From contig JAFZSQ010000079.1 in assembly GCA_017619295.1 (NCBI GenBank), positions 13,107 through 77,106 on the forward strand: a stretch of DNA of 64,000 nucleotides. Reading direction: 5' to 3'. Of this stretch, positions 27,725 to 36,461 are shown in pieces; within the stretch, counting starts at the first letter, position 1; each line of letters begins with the position of its first letter. The position numbers were made by a program, and so were the translations under genes. A model generated the notes under the pieces. It saw only the letters and a list, made by a program, of their open reading frames with translations, made no database searches and was not told the DNA's origin. The DNA is from Lachnospiraceae bacterium (GTDB lineage: Bacteria; Bacillota; Clostridia; Lachnospirales; Lachnospiraceae).

Positions 27725-28683
27725 TGTATTCTACAGTAATTTTGGCAGCGATAATTATTATTGCATTGATGGTATTCTTTGCCGTCATCCCCGTTGGAAT
27801 GTGGATTTCAGCAGTAGCCAGCGGAGTTAAAATCAGCATCTTCTCATTAGTAGGAATGAAGATACGTCGTGTTAAACCCGCCAAGATCGTGGCACCCATG
27901 ATTAAGGCAACCAAGGCAGGAATTAAGGTTAAGACAAACGAGCTTGAGGCTCACTACCTTGCAGGTGGTAATGTTGATAACGTTGTTAACGCATTAATCG
28001 CCGCAGAGAGAGCAGGAATGGACCTGACCTTCGAGCAGGCATCAGCAATCGATCTTGCAGGACGTAACGTATTCGAAGCTGTAAAGATGAGCGTAACCCC
28101 CAAGGTTATTGAGACTCCTCAGATTTCAGCAGTGGCTAAGGACGGTATCGAGCTTCTTGTTAAGGCAAGAGTAACAGTTAGAACCAACATCAACCAGTTA
28201 ATCGGTGGTGCCGGTGAAGCAACAGTTCTTGCAAGAGTAGGTGAGGGTATCGTTACAACCGTAGGTTCAGCTCAGACTCACAGTGCTGTGCTTGAGAACC
28301 CCGATGATATCTCCAAGGTAGTTCTTGAGAAGGGTCTTGATTCCGGAACAGCTTACGAGATCATTTCAATTGATATCGCTGATATCGATATCGGAAGAAA
28401 CATTGGTGCAAACCTTCAGAGCTTACAGGCTGAGGCAAACACCAAGATTGCTCAGGCAAAGGCAGAAGAGAGACGTGCAATGGCAGTTGCTCTGGAGCAG
28501 GAGATGAGAGCCGAAGTTGTAAAGGCAGAGTCCGAAGTTCCCAAGGCAATGGCAGAGGCATTAAGATCCGGACATATCGGTGTGCTTGATTACTACAAGC
28601 TCCAGAATGTTCAGGCTGACACCAAGATGAAGAAGGATATCGGAAACGGAGTAACAGATTTCGTAGATTCCAAGAAGAAATAA
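27724..28683 (+). CDS. floA: Flotillin-like protein FloA (SPFH domain, UPF0365/YqfA family)
   Basis: 319 aa with an N-terminal hairpin helix ([23 protein letters not shown]) and an SPFH core. TAATG overlap with nfeD. Confidence 0.88.
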   Translation: MYSTVILAAIIIIALMVFFAVIPVGMWISAVASGVKISIFSLVGMKIRRVKPAKIVAPMIKATKAGIKVKTNELEAHYLAGGNVDNVVNALIAAERAGMDLTFEQASAIDLAGRNVFEAVKMSVTPKVIETPQISAVAKDGIELLVKARVTVRTNINQLIGGAGEATVLARVGEGIVTTVGSAQTHSAVLENPDDISKVVLEKGLDSGTAYEIISIDIADIDIGRNIGANLQSLQAEANTKIAQAKAEERRAMAVALEQEMRAEVVKAESEVPKAMAEALRSGHIGVLDYYKLQNVQADTKMKKDIGNGVTDFVDSKKK

Positions 28684-28708
28684 AGATTAAATAAAGCGGG
28701 ACGAAGAT

Positions 28709-29434
28709 ATGTTTAAAGTAATGGTCGTTGAGGACGAAGAGCAAATCAGAAACATCCTTAAGAAGATGATTGAAAGAACCGATGGGTTCAAGGTTGTCTC
28801 TACATGTGATGCTTTCTCTTCAGCCATTACCGAATTCACCAAACTTCGTCCCGATGTTGTTTTTATGGACATCGACCTTAATGGCGAAAGTGGTCTTGAA
28901 TGTGCCAAGGTCATTACAGAGATTGATCCTAAGGTGAAGATAGTCTTTGCCACAGCTCACAGTGAGTACATGGCAAACGCTTTCGAGATATATGCCTTTG
29001 ACTATCTGGTAAAGCCCTTTGATTTGGAGCGAATCGGAAAGACATTAAACCGGATTAAAGAAACCACACCTGTTTCCTCCGGTTTGGAAAAAACAGAAGC
29101 TCCTCATGAAGAGAAACTCTTGATAAGAGGTAAGGAAGAAATTAACCTTATCGACATCAAGGACATTATCATGATTGAACGAATCGATGGGGTTTCAAGA
29201 ATAGTGACAAAGGATGAAAAGTATCTGACTTCCCAATCTCTTTCATCCCTGGAAGAGAAACTTGATACATCCCGCTTCATGAGATGTCACAAGTCTTACA
29301 TCATAAGAGTCGACGCCATTAAGAAGCTGGAGGTATACGGAAGATGGACCTACACGGTTCACCTTAAGGATACCGATGAAACAGCATTAATGACTAATCA
29401 GAAATACGATGAAATAAAGCAGAGGTTCGAGTAA
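28709..29434 (+). CDS. LytTR-family response regulator
   Basis: REC domain (VVEDEE...VVFMDIDLNG) plus a LytTR domain (FMRCHKSYIIRVDAIKKL). Confidence 0.9.
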   Translation: MFKVMVVEDEEQIRNILKKMIERTDGFKVVSTCDAFSSAITEFTKLRPDVVFMDIDLNGESGLECAKVITEIDPKVKIVFATAHSEYMANAFEIYAFDYLVKPFDLERIGKTLNRIKETTPVSSGLEKTEAPHEEKLLIRGKEEINLIDIKDIIMIERIDGVSRIVTKDEKYLTSQSLSSLEEKLDTSRFMRCHKSYIIRVDAIKKLEVYGRWTYTVHLKDTDETALMTNQKYDEIKQRFE

Positions 29435-29450
29435 CCTCTGCTCTTTTTTT
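29419..29450 (+). terminator. Terminator overlapping the response-regulator stop
   Basis: GCAGAGG-TTCGAGTAA-CCTCTGC followed by TCTTTTTTT. Confidence 0.65.
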
Positions 29451-30217
29451 CATTTGTAGTTTCTCAAAACATCCAGACCCAGCAGAAGCGCCTTTTCATG
29501 GGAATCTGTTCCAAAGGACCTTGCGTCGTAGTCATGAACATTGGCAAGGGAATCCGCCGTAAATAAAAACTGTCCGAACTTTGCGCCCCTCTTTCTGCAA
29601 CAGGCTGCAAGGGCGGAACACTCCATTTCGACTACCGAACATCCTTCCTCCAGGCGATATTTAACCATATCTTTTGTTTCTCTAAAGAACCCGTCTGTTG
29701 ACCAGGTGGTGCAGGTCACAAAGGGAAGATTCTGTTTCTTAAAGGTTTCTTCTATTGCAGTGATGGGTTCCCTGTCAAGATCGATGTACCTTGATGCCGG
29801 AAGGTAATGATAAGATGCACCTTCATCCCTTAATGCCCGCTCCGGAACAAGGAAAGCATTCTCGGGAATATCCGCCAGAACGCCACAGGAGCCCACAGCG
29901 ATAACCTTCTTACAGCCACTGCTTACAAGGGTGTCAATAATCTGGCTTGCCGCCGCCGAACCTATAGTGGACTGAACAAGGCATATGTCCTCCTTTTCCT
30001 CATGAAGCACGTAGACTTTAATGATGTGAGAAACTGTGATAAATTCCTGAACAACCTCTGCTTTCTTTTCTTCGGCATATCTGTGAACCACATCCCCAAG
30101 AAATGCAAAAAGGCACTTCTCCGGAAGCTTTAAGTCCGGGCAATCATGAGTAGGTGCAATTACTTCCGGTGATGCGTCGTCGTATTCAAGTATAGGTATT
30201 TCGTTTTTGATAATCAT
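29450..30217 (-). CDS. Nucleoside phosphorylase family protein (PNP_UDP_1-like)
   Basis: 255 aa (IAVGSCGVL, VVEMECSALAA). Substrate unknown. Confidence 0.7.
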   Translation of the reverse strand: MIIKNEIPILEYDDASPEVIAPTHDCPDLKLPEKCLFAFLGDVVHRYAEEKKAEVVQEFITVSHIIKVYVLHEEKEDICLVQSTIGSAAASQIIDTLVSSGCKKVIAVGSCGVLADIPENAFLVPERALRDEGASYHYLPASRYIDLDREPITAIEETFKKQNLPFVTCTTWSTDGFFRETKDMVKYRLEEGCSVVEMECSALAACCRKRGAKFGQFLFTADSLANVHDYDARSFGTDSHEKALLLGLDVLRNYK

Positions 30218-30235
30218 TTGTGTCCTCCCTAATAA

Positions 30236-31030
30236 TCAGGCTTTCCTGCAGATATACAAGAGGTGAACAGAACTCCCCAGCAGTTCTCTCTTTTCGCAGT
30301 TATCAAGCTGGTATCGGACAAGAGTCTCGAAATCCTCGTCTGCAAGGGTAAAATCAGCTCGTCTCTCCGCAATCTCAAGCACGTTATCAACTGCAGCAGT
30401 TGTAATGTATTCTACAGAGTGCTCCTTTAACAACTCCTCAAACTCCACAATATCGAAGCCTGTAAACATCTGCTCAGGGAAATGTTTAATCGAGTTATCT
30501 TCATTGAAGTTTTCCTTATATCCTTCGGTAAAGGTTCCCCACTTATAAAGATAGTTGGTCATCAAAATCGAATGTACGGAAATGAATGCCACAAGAATTA
30601 TTCCACTTTTCTTCGTTATTCTTACTGCTTCGCTTATGGCTTTATGCTGGTCTTCGCTGTTGTATAAGTGATACATGGGACCAAAAAGTAATGTAACATC
30701 GAATGTATTGTCTGCAAATCTGCTCAAATCCAAGGCATCTCCCTGAAAGGCATGAAGATTATCAAGTCCCTTTCCATGGTCCTTTAATATATTCAGGTTC
30801 TCTTCTACAAGTTCAACCGACGTTACATCGAATCCTTCCCTGGCAAGGGCAATGGAATATCTGCCTGTGGCAGCACCAATTTCTATAACAGAAGCACCTT
30901 TCTTTAAGTATCTGTGAATATAATCCATTGTTATTCTGTACTCAAGCTGTCCCTGTCTTGACTTGGTAAGACGAGTATCCTCGTCATATTTTTGATAAAA
31001 ACCTTTAACAAGATCTGTCCTTTTACTCAT
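30236..31030 (-). CDS. Class I SAM-dependent methyltransferase
   Basis: Motif I VIEIGAATGRYS. ATG 31030 is preceded by AAAGAGG. The track's GTG 31039 lies within the RBS. Confidence 0.8.
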   Translation of the reverse strand: MSKRTDLVKGFYQKYDEDTRLTKSRQGQLEYRITMDYIHRYLKKGASVIEIGAATGRYSIALAREGFDVTSVELVEENLNILKDHGKGLDNLHAFQGDALDLSRFADNTFDVTLLFGPMYHLYNSEDQHKAISEAVRITKKSGIILVAFISVHSILMTNYLYKWGTFTEGYKENFNEDNSIKHFPEQMFTGFDIVEFEELLKEHSVEYITTAAVDNVLEIAERRADFTLADEDFETLVRYQLDNCEKRELLGSSVHLLYICRKA

Positions 31031-31077
31031 TTCTCTCACCTCTTTAGATTAATCTTTTATTACCCGGCCAAGATAAT

Positions 31078-31109
31078 AAAAAAACCACCTATCACATGGA
31101 TAAGTGGTT
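31078..31109 (-). terminator. Intrinsic terminator about 50 nt upstream of the methyltransferase start
   Basis: The minus-strand RNA is CCACUUAUC-CAUGU-GAUAGGUGG followed by U7. Confidence 0.7.
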
Positions 31110-31275
31110 GAAATGTCGACATTTACCTATTTTCTACTTAGGATTCTTTACCCACTTTTCCGAATATGAAAAAATAACCGCGACCCTGAAGATTATCGGG
31201 GTTCCCGATCATGGAATTCATATCAGAATTGTTGAGTACAAAGTTTCTCATTCCAAGAATCCTTTCAAAAATATT
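31110..31275 (-). ncRNA. Candidate structured leader (riboswitch/attenuator) or small RNA, class not recognised
   Basis: Bounded by a promoter-like TTGACA-N18-TATAGT and the terminator at 31078-31109. Three nested colinear complementary segments are present: 31268-31273/31128-31133, 31255-31263/31140-31148 and 31244-31253/31162-31172. A 14-nt palindrome AAATGTCGACATTT is also present. Confidence 0.4.
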
Positions 31276-31281
31276 TCCCTT

Positions 31282-31311
31282 ACTATACAGGACGTGTCAG
31301 ACAATTGTCAA
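31282..31311 (-). promoter_or_regulatory. Sigma-A-like promoter (TTGACA-N18-TATAGT) immediately downstream of the ylmH stop
   Basis: Read on the minus strand: -35 at 31306-31311 and -10 at 31282-31287. Confidence 0.45.
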
Positions 31312-31319
31312 CACCTTTT

Positions 31320-32075
31320 TTATATTACATCCACAAGAGCATTTAGCTTTCCCTTTTTGGATACACTGCCACAGCCCTTGTATGTAAAGCGTCCGAAGCC
31401 TCTGACACTCACAATATCACCGGCTTTAAGCTGATGACTGTAGTTCTCCATCAGTCGGCCATTAAGGAAGACTTTCTGAGATGTGAAAAGTTCGGCGCTG
31501 TCTCCTCTGGATAGGTGGTATACCTTGGAAACCACGCCATCTATTCTTTCAGAGGCTACTTGAATAGTGACTTCTTTGGGCTGCCTTGATTCTATCTCGG
31601 GAATAGAGTCCACATTCTTAACCATTACAGATGTGTGACGTACTCTTGTAAGACTGGAAATAATATAATCAGTCATCCTATTCTCGCAGAAGAGATATGC
31701 TCTTTTTTCATCAACAATGATGTCCCCGAGAACATCCCTCTCTATTCCGGCATTCATAAGAGCCCCAAGGAAATCTCTGTGGGAAAGCTTCTCCGCAAAC
31801 TTTTCCGCCAAGGGAGAAATAAGGAGAATATCTATGGGAAAATCTTCTTCATAGCCAAAAGCCTCAGGATTCCCAAATCTAAGCATTCCTCTCTCATAAC
31901 TTCCGTCCCCGTTCCAAACAGTTACGCCGGCATATGAAAACTCCCTTTCGCACTCAAAATAAACGGACATATCTGCCATAGATAAAAAGTCCGTGAAGAC
32001 ATACTGGTTATTTCTATAACTTCTGTCCGCCATGTCTAATAGGCGTTTTTTAACTTCCAGTTCTTCTGCTATCAT
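31320..32075 (-). CDS. ylmH: YlmH-like RNA-binding S4-domain protein
   Basis: 251 aa with a C-terminal S4 domain (RIDGVVSKVYHLSRGDSAELFTSQKVFLNG). Confidence 0.75.
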   Translation of the reverse strand: MIAEELEVKKRLLDMADRSYRNNQYVFTDFLSMADMSVYFECEREFSYAGVTVWNGDGSYERGMLRFGNPEAFGYEEDFPIDILLISPLAEKFAEKLSHRDFLGALMNAGIERDVLGDIIVDEKRAYLFCENRMTDYIISSLTRVRHTSVMVKNVDSIPEIESRQPKEVTIQVASERIDGVVSKVYHLSRGDSAELFTSQKVFLNGRLMENYSHQLKAGDIVSVRGFGRFTYKGCGSVSKKGKLNALVDVI

Positions 32076-32151
32076 ATCCTAATTATACACCTTTTTATCT
32101 ACACAAAAACGGGATGTTCCATAAGGAACATCCCGTTTACAATATCAAAGA

Positions 32152-33498
32152 TTATGACTTGCAATGTCCGCTCTTCTTAAGTGCGTTTACGATTTCATCT
32201 ACTTTCTCTCTGCAGATATCATCGGTGGTTGCTTCAACCATTACACGAAGAACAGGTTCTGTACCGGATTCTCTTACGAGAACTCTTCCGTCTTCACCAA
32301 GATCCTTCTCGACTTTCTCAATGGCCTTAACAACAACATCGGAATTTCTTGCTGCCTTCTTCTCATCAACCTTAACGTTAACCATAAGCTGAGGATAGAT
32401 TGTTAAGTCCTTAAGCTGCTCTGAAAGAGGCATTTTCTTCTCAAGTAAAGCTTCCATAACCTTGATGGCTGTAAGAACACCATCACCTGTGGTTGCATGC
32501 TTTGAGAAAATAATGTGTCCGGACTGCTCACCGCCTAATGAGTAACCGTTCTGAGTCATACACTCGCTGACGTATTTATCACCAACGGTGGTCTTCTCGT
32601 ACTTGATGCCTGCCTTATCGAAAGCTTTGTAAAGTCCCATGTTGGACATGATGGTTGTAACAACGGTGTCGTGGTCAAGCTGACCGTTCTCGTGAAGATA
32701 CTTACCGCAAAGGTAAAGAATCTTATCACCGTCTACCACATTACCGAGCTCATCAACTGCGATACATCTGTCTGCATCACCGTCAAAGGCAAAGCCTACA
32801 TCGAGATGCTCTCTTTTTACCAGATCAACAAGCATCTCAATATGTGTGGAACCACACTCCAAGTTGATGTTTGTACCGTCGGGATTGTTGCTGATTACAT
32901 AGGTCTTGGCACCAAGAGCATCGAAAACGTGCTTTGCTGTCTGATGCGCGGAACCGTTAGCACAGTCAAGTCCGATACGAACGGAGTTGTATGAACGTGT
33001 TGCCAGGGAAATAAGATATCCCAGGTATCTGTTACGTCCGATTACATAGTCGGTGGTGCGACCAATACTCTCTCTTCTTGCAAGAGGAATTTCCATATCG
33101 GGATTGTCGAGGTACTCCTCAATAAGTCTCTCAACTTCGCCGTCGACCTTATAGCCGCCGCCGTTGATTATCTTAATTCCGTTGTCATAGTAAGGGTTGT
33201 GGCTGGCGGAAATCATGATACCGCAGTCGAAATCCTCAGTTCTTACAACATAAGATACACTGGGAGTGCTTGTAACATGGAGAAGGAAAACATCTGCACC
33301 GCTGGCTGTAAGTCCGGCAACCAAAGCGTACTCAAACATGTAGCTTGAACGTCTGGTATCTTTACCGATTACAATGCGGGCGCGATGGTCCTTACCATAG
33401 TAATAACCTAAGTAGCGTCCTACCTTGAAGGCATGGTCTACCGTAAGGTTTACGTTGGCTTCACCCCTAAAGCCGTCCGTACCAAAGTATTTACCCAT
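32152..33498 (-). CDS. glmM: Phosphoglucosamine mutase
   Basis: MGKYFGTDGFRG, active-site SASHNPYYDNGIK, 448 aa. Confidence 0.95.
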   Translation of the reverse strand: MGKYFGTDGFRGEANVNLTVDHAFKVGRYLGYYYGKDHRARIVIGKDTRRSSYMFEYALVAGLTASGADVFLLHVTSTPSVSYVVRTEDFDCGIMISASHNPYYDNGIKIINGGGYKVDGEVERLIEEYLDNPDMEIPLARRESIGRTTDYVIGRNRYLGYLISLATRSYNSVRIGLDCANGSAHQTAKHVFDALGAKTYVISNNPDGTNINLECGSTHIEMLVDLVKREHLDVGFAFDGDADRCIAVDELGNVVDGDKILYLCGKYLHENGQLDHDTVVTTIMSNMGLYKAFDKAGIKYEKTTVGDKYVSECMTQNGYSLGGEQSGHIIFSKHATTGDGVLTAIKVMEALLEKKMPLSEQLKDLTIYPQLMVNVKVDEKKAARNSDVVVKAIEKVEKDLGEDGRVLVRESGTEPVLRVMVEATTDDICREKVDEIVNALKKSGHCKS

Positions 33499-33696
33499 TT
33501 CTATCTACTCCTTTTTGATAAATAAGTTCCTTATACTACGTCTTTTATTATAACTTGAAAAACATCATTTTTGTCGCAAAATTGCTGGATTTATGCTAGA
33601 ATATTGCTACAGATTTAAGCCGCTTTTTTGAAACTATTTATCATCAGTTGGCAACCCAATTTATAGATGATAAAATGTAGTAAATGAGGGAAAAGC

Positions 33697-34395
33697 ATGC
33701 GCATCTATGATCTGGAACCCGGAAGAGAAATAACAATACTCATACTGATTGGTAGCCAGAGTATGGAATTTGAATCTGTGGTTATCGGCGGAGTTCCGCT
33801 GAAACAAATGATTTATGCCAAACCGGTTATCAAGAATAACAAGGTTCTCACCTTTAGTGGTAAGGGAATCTCTGCTAATGTTGTCTTAACGGGCAAGGAT
33901 ACCAAACCTCTTATCTTCAGAAATGCTGTATTCAGTACCATGAAGGATAAGGACGGGAAGCTGTGTTACGGAATCGTATCTCATGCCGAGGCTGTGGAGT
34001 TTAACAGAAGAGACTCCTTCAGATGCCCCGTGGATGTTCCGTCTGTAGCGCAGATAGGTTTGGAACGCGACACATATAATGTAATTATAAGGGATGTAAG
34101 TATTAACGGTTTTTCATTTTGCTTTACAAGTGATTCTGTGACAGCGGAGATAGGACAGTTTGTTCATACTACGCTTAATGACTTTATCGACGGATTGTTT
34201 GAGAATTTCACTTTCAGACTTTTCGGTCTTATTGTAAGAGAGGCAGAGCTGTCAAACGGGAAGCGTGTTTACGGATGTAAGATTGTCCAGCAGCAAAAGG
34301 GAATCGAGACTTACATTGCAAAGAAAGAAAGGATGCGCCTCTTAAAACAAAGGGCCAAGGCTAACTCAAGAGATGGAAGGGAAAGAACGACGTAA
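33697..34395 (+). CDS. PilZ-domain protein (putative c-di-GMP receptor)
   Basis: RRDSFR ... DVSINGFSF motifs (RxxxR / DxSxxG) in the C-terminal half. Confidence 0.7.
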   Translation: MRIYDLEPGREITILILIGSQSMEFESVVIGGVPLKQMIYAKPVIKNNKVLTFSGKGISANVVLTGKDTKPLIFRNAVFSTMKDKDGKLCYGIVSHAEAVEFNRRDSFRCPVDVPSVAQIGLERDTYNVIIRDVSINGFSFCFTSDSVTAEIGQFVHTTLNDFIDGLFENFTFRLFGLIVREAELSNGKRVYGCKIVQQQKGIETYIAKKERMRLLKQRAKANSRDGRERTT

Positions 34396-34897
34396 ACACA
34401 TTGAGGAACTCCTCAAATCACATAAAACTCCTATGTCCGGTACCGGACTTGCCAACATGTTCGGAGTGAGCAGGCAGGTCATTGTACAGGACATTGCTTT
34501 GTTACGAGCAGAGAATAAGGATGTTATCTCCACAAACAAGGGATATGTTCTCTTTACACCGGGAGAAGACAACGGAAAGAAAGCTGTTGTAAGAGTAAAG
34601 CACAGCTTCGACGATACCTACGATGAGCTTAACACCATAGTGGAGCTGGGAGGCAAAATAAGGGACGTAACCGTGGACCACGACATTTACGGACAGATTA
34701 CGGTAGACCTTATTATCAACGATTCCCACGATGTGGATGAGTTTATTGCAATAATGAAGAAATCAAAGTCAAAGCCCCTTAAGGTTTTAACAGATGATGT
34801 GCACTATCACACAATACTTGCACCCTCTGAGAAAGTACTGGAACTGATAAAGGACGAACTCAAAGCGAAAGGCTACTTGGCAGAACCGGATGATTAA
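34373..34897 (+). CDS. niaR: NiaR/YrxA-type transcription repressor (HTH + 3H domain)
   Basis: N-terminal HTH (SGTGLANMFGVSRQVIVQDIALLR) and a C-terminal 3H-type domain. It overlaps the PilZ gene by 23 nt. Confidence 0.8.
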   Translation: MEGKERRKHIEELLKSHKTPMSGTGLANMFGVSRQVIVQDIALLRAENKDVISTNKGYVLFTPGEDNGKKAVVRVKHSFDDTYDELNTIVELGGKIRDVTVDHDIYGQITVDLIINDSHDVDEFIAIMKKSKSKPLKVLTDDVHYHTILAPSEKVLELIKDELKAKGYLAEPDD

Positions 34898-36104
34898 TAC
34901 TATAGTAACTTTGAAAAAAGGCGAAGGGCGCAGTCTGAAAGCAGGCGGCGCCTGGATTTTTAATAATGAAATCGATACCATAACCGGAACCTTTAAGAAC
35001 GGCAGTATTGTCAAAATCAACGATTTCGACGGATATCCTCTTGGTCTTGGTTTTATCAATCAGAACTCTGTAATCAGAATCAGAATGCTTACCAGAAATT
35101 CTGAAACCGAGATTAACGAAGAGTTCTTTAAGATGAGAGTTAAGAACGCCTGGGAGTACAGGAAGCAGGTTATGATGCCTGAGGATTTGAAAGCCTGCAG
35201 GCTGATCTTCGGAGAAGCGGATTACCTTCCGGGCCTTGTGGTAGACAGGTACGAGGATGTGCTGGTGGTGGAATCTCTGGCTCTCGGAATTGACCTTTTA
35301 AAGGATACAATCCTTAAATGCCTTAAGGAAGTTCTTTTAGAAGACGGTGTCAAAATCAGAGGAATCTACGAACGCTCCGATGCCCAGGTCAGAAAGAAAG
35401 AGGGCCTGGAACCCTATAAGGGATTCATCGGAGAAGAGTTCGACACCAATGTGGAGATTGTTGAGAACGGTGTCCACTACATGGTAGACGTGGCTAACGG
35501 CCAGAAGACAGGATTCTTTTTAGATCAGAAATACAATCGCCTTGCCATGCAGAAAATCTGCAGAGGTCAGAACAAGGTCCTCGATTGCTTCACCCACATG
35601 GGAACCTTTGCGTTAAATGCAGGGTATGCGGGAGCAAAGGACGTAACGGGTCTTGATATTTCAGGCTTTGCCGTATCACAGGCCGAAGCTAATGCGAAGC
35701 TTAATCACCTGGAGGACAGAGTACACTTCAGGGAGGCCAACGTTCTTGACGAACTTCCGAGACTTTATGAAGCGGGAGAGCAGTATGATGTGGTTATATT
35801 AGATCCTCCTGCTTTTACCAAATCAAGAGAAGCCACCAAGAATGCAATAAAGGGTTACAGAGAAATAAACATGAAGGGCCTTCGACTGGTGAAGAGCGGC
35901 GGATACTTTGCCACATGTTCCTGCTCACACTTTATGACGGAAGAGCTTTTCAAGAAAACCATTGCTCAGGCAGCGACGGCGGTTCACAAGAGATTAAGAC
36001 AGATTGAGTTTAGAACCCAGGCTCCGGACCATCCGATTCTCTGGGCCAGCGATGAAAGTTACTACCTGAAGTTCCTGACTTTCCAGGTAGTTGATGAGAA
36101 ATAA
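34890..36104 (+). CDS. RlmI-like class I SAM-dependent rRNA m5C methyltransferase (PUA + MTase)
   Basis: 404 aa. N-terminal PUA-like region and a VVILDPPAF motif. Confidence 0.82.
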   Translation: MINTIVTLKKGEGRSLKAGGAWIFNNEIDTITGTFKNGSIVKINDFDGYPLGLGFINQNSVIRIRMLTRNSETEINEEFFKMRVKNAWEYRKQVMMPEDLKACRLIFGEADYLPGLVVDRYEDVLVVESLALGIDLLKDTILKCLKEVLLEDGVKIRGIYERSDAQVRKKEGLEPYKGFIGEEFDTNVEIVENGVHYMVDVANGQKTGFFLDQKYNRLAMQKICRGQNKVLDCFTHMGTFALNAGYAGAKDVTGLDISGFAVSQAEANAKLNHLEDRVHFREANVLDELPRLYEAGEQYDVVILDPPAFTKSREATKNAIKGYREINMKGLRLVKSGGYFATCSCSHFMTEELFKKTIAQAATAVHKRLRQIEFRTQAPDHPILWASDESYYLKFLTFQVVDEK

Positions 36105-36116
36105 GGAGGTATAAAT

Positions 36117-36437
36117 ATGGCAACAGCGAAAACTACAGCGAAGAAAACTACTACAGCTAAGAAGACTACAGCGGCCAAAAAGACTACAGCAGCAAAAAAG
36201 CCCGCAGCAAAGAAGACCACTGCCACAAAGAAAACCACAACCGGAACTTCCGTAAAGGTATCCGCAAGCGAGAAGAAGCTTTTGGAGCTTTACAGAAAGG
36301 CAGATTCCGACACAAAGAAGGCGGCAGTTGCACTTCTTAAGGGAGAGAAGACACAGTCCGGCGGCATTCTTCAGTCAATCCTCAACAACAAGGATCTGAT
36401 GAACACCGTACAGGGATTGTTCTCAATAAAGGATTAA
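36117..36437 (+). CDS. Small Lys/Thr/Ala-repeat protein (histone H1-like basic N-terminus)
   Basis: 106 aa. Residues 4-43 are six tandem AKKTT(A/T)-type units. The C-terminal ~60 aa are non-repetitive. RBS GGAGG upstream. Confidence 0.6.
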   Translation: MATAKTTAKKTTTAKKTTAAKKTTAAKKPAAKKTTATKKTTTGTSVKVSASEKKLLELYRKADSDTKKAAVALLKGEKTQSGGILQSILNNKDLMNTVQGLFSIKD

Positions 36438-36461
36438 AAGAAACAGGAGATATTAGTTAAG

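Noticed and set aside
31138-31251. 37-codon minus-strand sORF (MRNFVLNNSDMNSMIGNPDNLQGRGYFFIFGKVGKES) with an AAAGGA about 8 nt upstream.
   Set aside because: Its start and stop fall in the two complementary strands of the long hairpin, an ATG/CAT pairing artefact. It is not excluded as a leader peptide, but I do not call it a gene.
31096-31434. 112-aa plus-strand ORF covering the ylmH-methyltransferase intergenic region.
   Set aside because: It overlaps the 3' end of ylmH in antisense and has no RBS. The region is better explained by the minus-strand promoter, structured RNA and terminator.
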